Part shown: piece after piece, positions 1-9,543 of the stretch
How positions within the stretch are numbered: the first letter of the stretch is position 1
Layout: each line of letters begins with the position of its first letter
Assembly (NCBI GenBank): GCA_946965045.2
Contig: OX337228.1
Span: forward strand, 4,526,001-4,590,000
From: Epithemia pelagica
Lineage: Eukaryota > Protista > Bacillariophyta
Direction of reading: 5' to 3'
Length of the DNA stretch: 64,000 nt
Translations under genes and position numbers: made by a program
The notes under the pieces: generated by a model
Seen by the model: the letters and a program-made list of their open reading frames with translations, nothing else
What the model was told of the DNA's origin: nothing
The model's database searches: none

Positions 1-1
1 A

Positions 2-169
2 GCACTGAAAGCTAAGGCTTTGAAGCAGACAACCATTGACGAATTGGAGGAAGAATTGATGGAAACCGAGTCGCGTCTGGAGGAGCTTCATCGCATTCAC
101 GAACGACAAGCGCAAACAATTATCACTTTGCAGAAGACATTGTCATCAAACAGTCAAGAGGTCATGTAG
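2..169 (+). CDS. 3' end of a gene entering the window (coiled-coil-like C-terminus)
   Basis: Open frame from position 2 (ALKAKALKQTTIDELEEELMETESRLEELHRIHERQAQTIITLQK...) ending at TAG 167-169; heptad-like E/L/K pattern. Confidence 0.5.
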   Translation, partial: ALKAKALKQTTIDELEEELMETESRLEELHRIHERQAQTIITLQKTLSSNSQEVM

Positions 170-727
170 ACCGGTCCACGTTATTAAAACTACTCATTTG
201 TTAGGGAGATGTTTTCGGAATTTACACCCATTATCGATCTTTCATTTTCTTGTTACAAGGGTAACAGAAGCAATTGGAAGAAACAGTTGTAGTCTTTACT
301 TCTCTTGCTCTCCTACAATAAGGGAGTAGGAGTATACTGGGAGTTGGAACACGGGTTGCTTTGCTGGGTACTCCTACATACCTAGTTAACCTCTTAAGGC
401 GAAGATACGTAGGCAAACTAGTAGCCGCCCTAGGCCATCTGGTATTCCGGAACTGTCCCGCCATTTGCATCCTACCATTATATGGGTACATGGCACCACG
501 ATCGTATATCAACTACTCCCAGGAGTAGCTCTAGAGGTAGAGGTACTGGAGCAAAAGCTACTCTTGCTATCTTTAATTTATGGTCCCGGTCGCACATAGT
601 CATGATGAGCAAATCGCAAAATCGCGGGATGGGCTGTAAAAGCGCGACGCGATTTGGAAGAAATTTTGGTGAGCGTGAGCACCAAAATCGCGCTTTTGCG
701 CGACGATAGAATGGGCCCTCACAAGAA

Positions 728-3295
728 ATGTCGATCCTTCGATTGAGCGACTTCTGTGCCAAACCATTTGATCCACTCCATGTGCGACTTCGACTGCTTG
801 AATGCGATGGAAGCATTCAATATCCAGAAGATTCCATCCAGTGTCATACCACAGCTATCGTTATCGTTACGATCGGCTTGCTTCGACGTCTCTCGCTTCG
901 TAACGGAAGCGTAGTTTGGATCCGACCAACCGCTGAACAAACTGACAAAGGACGGTCGGAAAATGAGAGCCTTCCGAAAGGAATGATTTATCCAAAAAAA
1001 GGAACAATTGCAGCAAGACTTTATATGAATAACGATGACGTCCCACATCATCACACTTATGATATTATTCTCATTCATCCCATGACTGCAATTAATCTCG
1101 GGTTCTTTCCCAGTTGGAATACGAGAATCGATGCACTTGTGCTTCCATGTCGGTTTCGTTCCTTGAAGGAACTCTCCGTTGCTCGCAAAGTGACACTTCG
1201 TCCTTGGGGGAAATATCCGCAAGTGCCTCCATTGGGTAATGTCATGGATACAGCGAGTGTAACCTCTGACGACTCATGGATTCAACCAGGCTGCCTTCTA
1301 CAACCGGGGAAACTCTTCTCGATTGCTCATCGAAGACCAGAGACCGGCGTTGAGCAACACGATCACATTGCAGCGCGGATGTCATACTTTCAAGTTGTCG
1401 AAGTGATTTCAGACAATGGCAGACCTGATATGTCCCACTCATCTTATCTGATGAATTATGATGACAGCAAAACGGAGAACTTACCTTCGCTTTACCGCTC
1501 AGATCGAAGCACATCGTACAGAATGGAGACAATAACAAGGCCTTGGACATGTCCGCAACTCCCCTGTTTGTTCACTCACGATCACCCTGAGGGACATATA
1601 TCATGGAGTGCTCCTCCTCATCCCAATGTATCGCAGTTAGTTGATTCCATGAAATTGCCGGGCACTGCCACACCCTATCAACGAATCTTGACAGTATTGG
1701 GAAACTCGTCTGAGCATGGCGTGGAGAGCGCCGTTCGCACTGCAGCAGCGAGATCTGGTAGACGCTGTTTGACAGTTCACGGATTGGCAGCGCACGCTCA
1801 TCGGTGCACGGGTCTAGTGCGATCGGCAGGATTGATAGATAAGCTTTCCGGATTGAAACTGGCTTTGAGCCAAGCGTATGCTTCAGCTCCCTGTGTTTTG
1901 TTCCTGATGGATTTTGATTTGGAGTTGACTTCCCAAGATGTTCGACTGCGGCACGATGAAGAATCTAGGTTTCTATCCCTTCTTACGACCCGTGATGGCA
2001 GTCTCAATCATGAACTCATGGATGAGGAAAACGGTAGCGTCGCTCATGGTCCGGCTGTGGTGACCGTTCTATCCATGAGAAAGCAGTTAATGAAAGGCCC
2101 GCTAATGGACAACTTGATTTGGGAACCTGTTCAACTCACAAGGCCAGACTCTGCTTTTGCTCATTATTTGTGGTCTCAATCCGATGCTCCGCCCGTGGAC
2201 GACTTGTGGGACATCCTTCAGGGAAGAACCGTAGATGAGATAACGAATCTGGCACAACGTGTTGCTGATGCCTACTCCAGGGAAAATCAAAATGACCCCC
2301 GGCAGATACTTCAAGCAATTGAAGAAACTTTCAAACAGAGTCTCAATCGGTCTTCCATATCATTGATCCCACAAGTCACGTGGCAAGATGTCGGTGGTCT
2401 GAGCCACGTTCGAGATGAAATTCTGGAGACTATCGAGCTTCCCCTTCGATATCCAAAATTGTTTGCCTCATCGACCTCTGGTCGCACTGGACTGTTGCTC
2501 TATGGACCTCCAGGAACTGGCAAAACTTTAGTTGCCAAAGCGGTGGCAAATGAATGTGGATTGCCTTTTGTGTCAATCAAAGGACCAGAGCTACTAGGCA
2601 CGTATGTTGGTGAAAGCGAAGCCAACGTTCGGGCAGTGTTTGAAAAAGCAAGGGAAATGGCACGGCGAAGTGTTCCGAAACGTGCCGCTATTCTGTTCTT
2701 CGATGAATTGGATAGCCTCGCACCACGTCGCGCTGATGAGGGAGGGGCGCGCGGAGGGGCGAGTGTGATGGATCGTGTGGTAGCAACGTTGTTTGCAGAA
2801 CTTGATCGGCCTGAAGGTGATTGTACAATTTTCTGTATTGGAGCCACAAACCGACCAGATATGTTGGATCCGGCCTTGTTGCGCCCAGGACGTTTGGATC
2901 GAGCTCTTTATTTGGGCTTGTCCAATTTAGACCGACGACAGGTTTTGCTCGTCCATCTTAGCAAGCTAAAAATGGAGGAAGATGGGGCAAAGATGGTTGA
3001 ACGTGTCCTCGAACACCTGGCTAACAAGCACCTTTCCGGAGCCGACCTAGCATCCGTGGTGAGCAGCGCTTTAGTATTTGCGACCCAACGTTTATGTGAT
3101 AAAGCCGAATCTGAGAGCAAGAAGAATGGCAAATCGGTAGAGGAGACCCTGTCTCGATGGGACGCAGATAAATTGCAGCCGTGTGTTCAAATCGAGGATT
3201 TAATCCGAGCTGCTGAAGACGTCGTTCCCAGAGTAGATGAAGGTCAGCTAGCTCGCTACGACGAAATTCGGGAACGAATGAAATCAAAGCGTTGA
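728..3295 (+). CDS. PEX6: Peroxisomal AAA+ ATPase PEX6
   Basis: 855-aa ORF with a degenerate D1 and intact D2 AAA domain: WQDVGGL, GLLLYGPPGTGKTLVAKAVANEC, SIKGPELLGTYVGESEANVR, FFDELDSLAPRR, GGASVMDRVVATLFAELD, GATNRPDMLDPALLRPGRLDR. The GG-VMDRVV signature fits PEX6. Confidence 0.85.
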   Translation: MSILRLSDFCAKPFDPLHVRLRLLECDGSIQYPEDSIQCHTTAIVIVTIGLLRRLSLRNGSVVWIRPTAEQTDKGRSENESLPKGMIYPKKGTIAARLYMNNDDVPHHHTYDIILIHPMTAINLGFFPSWNTRIDALVLPCRFRSLKELSVARKVTLRPWGKYPQVPPLGNVMDTASVTSDDSWIQPGCLLQPGKLFSIAHRRPETGVEQHDHIAARMSYFQVVEVISDNGRPDMSHSSYLMNYDDSKTENLPSLYRSDRSTSYRMETITRPWTCPQLPCLFTHDHPEGHISWSAPPHPNVSQLVDSMKLPGTATPYQRILTVLGNSSEHGVESAVRTAAARSGRRCLTVHGLAAHAHRCTGLVRSAGLIDKLSGLKLALSQAYASAPCVLFLMDFDLELTSQDVRLRHDEESRFLSLLTTRDGSLNHELMDEENGSVAHGPAVVTVLSMRKQLMKGPLMDNLIWEPVQLTRPDSAFAHYLWSQSDAPPVDDLWDILQGRTVDEITNLAQRVADAYSRENQNDPRQILQAIEETFKQSLNRSSISLIPQVTWQDVGGLSHVRDEILETIELPLRYPKLFASSTSGRTGLLLYGPPGTGKTLVAKAVANECGLPFVSIKGPELLGTYVGESEANVRAVFEKAREMARRSVPKRAAILFFDELDSLAPRRADEGGARGGASVMDRVVATLFAELDRPEGDCTIFCIGATNRPDMLDPALLRPGRLDRALYLGLSNLDRRQVLLVHLSKLKMEEDGAKMVERVLEHLANKHLSGADLASVVSSALVFATQRLCDKAESESKKNGKSVEETLSRWDADKLQPCVQIEDLIRAAEDVVPRVDEGQLARYDEIRERMKSKR

Positions 3296-4110
3296 TGTGC
3301 TGAAATGATGAGTGTTTCGTTTCAGAGACCATTTCCTCAACAAGTTGACCTTAATGATTGTGAATCCCATGAATAATCATAAAGCTCTAGAGGAGTACTT
3401 CCAGCAGTTAGCCGTGCCGAAGAACTACCCCTAGTAGAAAAGCACCCAAAACCGGTGGTGGATGCCAGACAGACGTCGTAGTCTCCGGGTTAGCGCGACA
3501 TGTGGTGGGTTCGCGTTTATGGTCCCAGACTTCGCATTCTGGTCACAATACGAGAAGCGAAAACCGAAGGAACCAAAATCGAACAGAAACGAATCCAGCC
3601 ACATGGGAATCTGAAATCTGGCCGAGACATGATGCGAACACTGGGCTTTCTCAGAACTCTGACACTGACATCGTACTACTTGTACTCGTTCAATTCCCAT
3701 GGAATGATGGAATCATCGATCGCCTACTCGTATCTACAGCGGTTCGCATCCAGGCATCAATCCCGATCCCGTTGGGCACAAAATGTGGCAGCCGAAGATA
3801 CGCATATCCATTCTTGTCACAAAAACAAATCATCGTAAATTGCACGTCCTCCTCTGAACCCCGTCATCATCCATGTACTCTTTTACCCGAACCGCATGCT
3901 CGAATTTGGCACGACGTGCCATCTCTACGACGTCGAAGGCCGCGTCCTCTGCTGCCTCGGGACCGAAGCATATCCCAGTAAGTGTCAATAAAGTGTTTGA
4001 ATCTCCTGGTCGTGGTGGACTTCATACGTGACGTCCTCGTCGTCTTCATTCCTTCCCATCATGGACCCTTCCCTCATTCATCCTTTCTTCTTTTCCATCG
4101 TCGGCAGTCC

Positions 4111-4440
4111 ATGTACAAATTTAATTTCACAAAGGCGTACTTGAGTGATCCGAGTTGCTATCCTTTAATGGTCATCATGACCTTTGCCATTACGGCCTGT
4201 GTTGGAATGTCTGTCAATGCAATGACAAGATACAAGGGGATCAAAGTTTGCCCTGAACACAAACATTCGGAAGTTGTTGACTGGCCTGAAGCCAGTGTGC
4301 CCTATCAGTCTCTTACGGAGTACGTCACACGTCGCCCCATTGGATTTTACGCGGAAGGCTTCAAGTCTTTGCGATACGAAGGATTGGGTATCGACCATGA
4401 AGAGTGGAAAAAGAACAAGGAAGCTTCCAAGTCGAAATAA
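4111..4440 (+). CDS. B12D / NDUFA4 (MLRQ)-like small mitochondrial membrane protein
   Basis: MYKFNFTKAYLSDPSCYPLMVIMTFAITACVGMS...: DPxxYPL motif followed by one TM helix. A likely 5'UTR intron runs 3978-4107 (GTAAGT...GGCAG). Confidence 0.6.
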   Translation: MYKFNFTKAYLSDPSCYPLMVIMTFAITACVGMSVNAMTRYKGIKVCPEHKHSEVVDWPEASVPYQSLTEYVTRRPIGFYAEGFKSLRYEGLGIDHEEWKKNKEASKSK

Positions 4441-4499
4441 CTTCCAAGTCGATATAAAGCAAAACGCTGGCGTGAACGATGCCAATGCATGCAACCAGT

Positions 4500-5222
4500 T
4501 AGTAGAATTCTTTCAAACTCATGGGGGATAATGCTCGGTAGAGCAGACAATCAGGTAGGTCACCAACCGATAGTAGTATCTCCACGGGTCAGAGATACAA
4601 CCAAGTCGTAGTCTATCAAAAGGATAGTCGGGACACAAAAGAGGATGTGATAAATGGTGATATTGTTAGATTGTGAGCTTTAGGACTACGGTGTGTGTTT
4701 TGATGTGCAGGTCTGGCCAGGGTGCATGACTGATATATTCATGGCGCTGACAGGACTGGTCTGGTTGGAGTAGACATGGATATTGTGTATTGGAAGTATA
4801 TGCACTTGTATATCATATACTTATGCCAACAGCTCTTGCTTTGTTGTGATATAGGCAGTTTTCTTGGCGCGTTGCCGTTTGCATTCTTCAATTTGTGGGA
4901 ATAGAGATATGGTCTCGCGTGATCGTGATTCGTGCTTCGGTTACTTAGGCCGTTGGGCTAAGTCGTGGAGGTGCGTACTCGAATATTGATTGCGCGCGCT
5001 TGAGAATATTGGGCGCGCACGTGTTGGGCCATAATTAATATCCAATCGGTCGCTCATAACAAGTGCATTGCGAGCATGCCTTGGCCGAATTTAAAGGTCT
5101 GCAAGCATGCCGTCATTGTTTTCTCACTTTTACAAAAATGTCATCGGATGCCATAAAATACTAGCATCAGTCGATGAGTTGTAGATTCCACCACCACCTA
5201 ATTGTTGGTGAGAATTCTGCCA
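4500..5222 (-). repeat. 3' LTR of the outer copia element
   Basis: Colinear with 14216-14938; 10 substitutions and no indels by hand comparison; termini TGGCAGAATT...AATTCTACTA on the minus strand. Confidence 0.95.
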
Positions 5223-7094
5223 CTCCCCACAATTTGTCGAGTGAGGATTGTTATTTTCCTTTGTCGTTCTTGTGATTGTTTCCAATCCAGAGGAAGAAGA
5301 AGGTCTTGGACATCGTCTATCATGTGGAGAATTTCCAATGTTTGCCGAGAACATCTTCTGGATTGGTGTATAAAAATGTCCGAGGCAGTTGATTTTAAAT
5401 CCAACATTCTTGAGTGTAAAGTTGTTGCAGATACCTTCAGAGCTCTCCTCCCCGGGTGCTTTCTTCATCCAAACATTGGGAATTGCTTTACTTGGTGACA
5501 AATCCATATCAAGAAAGACATCAAATAAACAGTCATGTTGATGTGCTCCTGAAGAATCGAATCCATTTGAGGTCTTGTAGTAGGTAACCAAGGTGTGCCA
5601 TGTTTCCTTGAGTTCTTGTCTTGCAACTATCAAGGTCTTCTCCCCAGCTAAAGCTTTCAGGTTGCATGCATTTCCAATGTATGCTCTCCATATATCCATA
5701 TCATTGAGAGGCCCAAGGTAGATGGTAGTATGGAAGTTGCACAAGGAAATAGCACATGGACAGATTGCCTCAACTGGTTCTTTGGTAAAATGTTCACACG
5801 TGACAAGAAGTGCCTTGCATCTTTCATCATGTTTCACAAGATAGACTTGAATCTTGTTGTGATACTCTTCTTGTGCATCTAACATTTTCCCAAGATGGAC
5901 TTGAACTTGATCATGATCCTTCAATGTCTTGAGTGATTGAATCTGTGAGGGTCCAAAATCGGTAGTGTCTTGCCACTTGTTTTTGCCATGTTGCTTGTCT
6001 AAAACAATTGCTTCTTTGTGTGTCTGTGGAACGTGTGGGTAACCAAACTTGTACTTGACAAAAAAACTGAGCTGCTTGATTCTTGACTGCTGTTTAGCAG
6101 CTTGAATGAGGCATTCACTGATCTTGACAAAATGCTTGAAATGCTTCCATCCAAGTTCATTCAGTAGGTCATGTTTCTTGCCATAGACAATGGTTATGGT
6201 GGGTGTTGGAGGCTCAAAGATCATCTCCCCAGTCTCCCAATCAACAAGTACATTCCAGCGACTCCCTTTGTAGTCAGGGTTGTTGTTACTGCTCAAAGGT
6301 CCTTCATGTATGACAATATCTCTGAATTGGAAAACAACATCTTCAGTTGCCTGTTCCTGGTTGTCCTGTCCATTGTATTCCACAAGTTGACTGCATGAGA
6401 TCACCTTCTTGTCAATATAGGAATTGTGTTTGCAGAAAATATACTTCTTGATACATGCTTCTTGCTTAAAAGTGTCTTGTTCTAAATTGACATGTTGGAT
6501 TATACATGCTTGTTGTTGCTCCCCATTTCCCTCTGCTGGTTTGTAAGGAAACGCTTGTCCAAAAATTTTGTCGCAGTTCTTGATCGTAGGCATTTGTGCG
6601 GATGGATCTTCACCTTTGCTACAAATGAAAACGGTGTCAGCTTGCTTGTCATTGGGTTTATTTGAAAGTGACTCCTCCCCTGAAGAGGCATCCGGACAAA
6701 GATAGGGTGCATAAGATTCAGTACAGGAGAAGACCTTGTCGCAGAGAAGGAAGAAAAGGGGTTGGGAAAAATCGGGTGGGTGACCATTGAGGATCTGAAG
6801 AGTAAGACGACCAGAAACGTTTATGATGACGTCAGGCATCTTCTTAACGGTAGGATAACGCTTCTCAGTCATGTTGTGATCTTGATGATACAGTTTGGAA
6901 CAAGAGTCTCCAATAAGGGCTGAGGAGAAGGAAGGTGTATCAGGTCCATGATCGTAAGGTAAATCCAAAAGGTGAGTGAGGTTACAGACATCACGATCAG
7001 TGTACTCCCCATAATGCGTCATACTACCATCAGTGTTGACTTGTTGCCAGTTAGAAGCACTGTCAGGTGATGAGGCAGGATGCAAATGATCCAA
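5223..7094 (-). pseudogene. Degenerate, internally deleted pol (chromo-like segment and RT remnants) of the outer element
   Basis: KYKFGYPHVPQTHKEAIVLD, KHDERCKALLV (cf. KHDGRHKARLV), YIGNACN (cf. DIGNAYL), SKAIPNVWMK. No integrase DDE core, no YVDD and no RNase H. Out of frame with gag/PR because of an 11-bp duplication (AGATCATCTTC) near 7125-7150. Confidence 0.85.
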
Positions 7095-7952
7095 AACACC
7101 AGGATCCCATGTATCAGGTGATGTGAAGATGATCTGAAGATGATCTGAGGTAATGTCTCCATGTCATCATCACTGGGTATACCTAAGGAGTGAATGTGTG
7201 CTAGTCCCTCTTTGATGTGCAGAGACATAGCACGGCCATCAAGTGTTGTGATGCATTGTTTTCCATCAACTTTAACGGATCGTTCATCAACAGCATGTCC
7301 AAAGTGCTCGAATTGTCCAGGAGTATGGATCGATTGTCCTTTTCCGTGGAATGCATATTCATTGAAGATGCCAATAATGGGTCCATCATTGGTTTCAAAC
7401 TTAGCGGCACATGTGACAATAGGAATCTCAGTAAGCTCATGATTGTCGATACCCATAATGGATATATGACAACCAGTCTTAGAAAGGATGCGCATGTCAG
7501 AACCAGCAAGTCCTCCATTAGCACCACGGTCAACCAATTGGTTTCCTGGGAGAGTAGATTTCCTGGAAGACAGATAGTGCAGTATGTGTCCTTCCTGTTT
7601 ATGCATATTGGCCTTGAGGCTAACCTTCTTGCTTGTTTTTGACTTGGCGTTGGATAGAACACTGGTCAAGTCAGACGCTGGATGATTGATGTCAGTCGTC
7701 ATGGCTTGGTTGATGAATTGTGTAACTGTATCTGACTCATCTTGATGCTCGGAAGTCGCACCAAGTGAAGCATTTTTAGAAACAGCTTCTTGACTGGGGT
7801 CAGGATCAGGTTCCGGATCAATGTCAAGGGCATGTGTCTGCACTTTCCTTGGCGTTGTTGATGATGGTGCATGAATCATCTTGTTGTACTCAATGATCAA
7901 CTTGCGATCTTCTTCAGAAAGTTTGAACCATAGGTCACGCGGCAGACTAACC
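7019..7952 (-). pseudogene. C-terminal gag and aspartic protease segment of the outer element
   Basis: Near-identical to nested element 10860-11700: VSLPRDLWFKLSEEDRKLIIEYNK, LVDRGANGGLAGSD. Interrupted at 7952 by the nested LTR. Confidence 0.9.
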
Positions 7953-8736
7953 TGTTAGAATTCTCACCGTCTATGGTGGTTAGATTCTACATCTCATCGA
8001 TTCCCCATGTCACATAGCCTCGTGCTATCGCATCATGCCATCTAGCTTCGAGCTATGTTCCCTAGCTTTGCGCTATATCGACCTATATTTCTTCGCAAAT
8101 CATGAAAAGTGAGAATAGATTGACGAACTCTCCCTTAAGACTAAACTGGGTCGTGCGGTATTACAACGGACGTAAATTTGGCCGTTGCTCGGACATTATA
8201 CTAACGCCCTAAGCGTACGCGCCCGAAATCATCGAGCGCGCCCAAGCGATATCCGAGCGCTGTCGGCATCTTTCCGACCCAACGGTCTAAGTATCCCAAG
8301 CACGACACACGATCACGCGAGACCATATTTCCATTCCCACAATCTCCAAATTGTCAACAAGCTGCGCGCCATGAAAACAACTATGCCAACCCAAAACAAG
8401 AGCTGTTGACCCTGTATATGTTATCCGTCCACATATACATGTCATATACATCACATGAATCGACTCCAACTATTCCAAACCTGTTGCCGCCAAGAACCTA
8501 TGACACATGACCCTTGGCAGGACCGAACATTTCACGTAGACCTATCGTAGTAATCAACACACAATCTAACAATATCACCATTTATCACATCCTCTTTTGT
8601 GTCCCGACTATCCTTTTGATAGACTACGACTTGCTTTCCTCTCTTACCCGTGGAGAGGTTTGTATCGGTTGGTGACTACCTGATTGTCTGCTCTAACGAG
8701 CATTGATGTCCCTACGATTCAGAAAGAATTGTAACA
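7953..8736 (+). repeat. 5' LTR of the nested element (784 bp)
   Basis: TGTTAGAATT...AATTGTAACA (TG...CA, imperfect terminal IR). The last ~180 bp are similar to the outer LTR U5 end. Confidence 0.9.
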
Positions 8737-8750
8737 GATTAACAGTCTCA
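8737..8750 (+). promoter_or_regulatory. Primer-binding site of the nested element (GATTAACAGTCTCA)
   Basis: Immediately follows the LTR; the identical 14-mer follows the outer 5' LTR (14202-14215, minus). Confidence 0.75.
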
Positions 8751-8772
8751 AAGCTTATTTCCTTGTGGTTTC

Positions 8773-9489
8773 ATGGATACTAACGAGCTTATCACTCCTG
8801 TACGACAGATTTATCGAGCCAACCTGCATTCCGGGCAGCCCGATACCCTGGTGCAGCAGGAACTGGTGCCAACGCCGAAGGCAGCCAACACATCGGTCAA
8901 CATCTCCGTCGACAGTTCCAACAGCAACCCATTCGAGACTCCAACCCAGCCTCACGCTCCGATCCCTGCGCCGTTGCTTCGGCCCCCGAGTCCGCCTCGT
9001 CGGCTCGTCCCTTCTCGATCCCGTCGTACCACCCGGTTGATTGCTGATCATATCAAGTACTTCCGTCAACCAACTTCTTCGACCTTCGATCCCGAGATCA
9101 TCCGTGGGGAGACCCAGATCGAACGCCAGTTCCAATCGGTGACCCATATTGTCGACCAAGAATACATTGAACGTCTGAACGACCAACTTCATCGCTCTCC
9201 GAGGTGTCGCCTCATCTTGGCCGCCCTCTCGGGCAACCCCATCCGTACTGTCCACCTCCGCTTCCTAACCCTCGAGCGTCCAACTGGATACTACAATACC
9301 ATCTACGTCGTGAACACGACGACTTGCCCTCTGCCTCCTAACGTAAATTTGTTGAAACTCGGCGAAAATTTGTCGGATTCAACGGAAATTTCCAGGAGTC
9401 GCACATCACAACACATATCCGGGTATCACATACGTGGTACATACGTGGCACACGTGGTACATCCGGGTTCACATCACATCACACATTAA
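8773..9489 (+). CDS. Leader ORF of the nested element (238 aa, P/S/T/R-rich, unknown function)
   Basis: ATG 23 nt after the PBS; open to 9489, just before gag at 9544; no recognisable domain. Confidence 0.35.
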   Translation: MDTNELITPVRQIYRANLHSGQPDTLVQQELVPTPKAANTSVNISVDSSNSNPFETPTQPHAPIPAPLLRPPSPPRRLVPSRSRRTTRLIADHIKYFRQPTSSTFDPEIIRGETQIERQFQSVTHIVDQEYIERLNDQLHRSPRCRLILAALSGNPIRTVHLRFLTLERPTGYYNTIYVVNTTTCPLPPNVNLLKLGENLSDSTEISRSRTSQHISGYHIRGTYVAHVVHPGSHHITH

Positions 9490-9543
9490 ATAAACCACAT
9501 CACACCGCACATTAAATAAACATCGAATCAACCAAATAACACC

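Noticed and set aside
3500-3981. ORFs 3500-3838 and 3502-3981
   Set aside because: No recognisable domain; splicing at 3978 would not put them in frame with the B12D-like CDS. Likely promoter or UTR.
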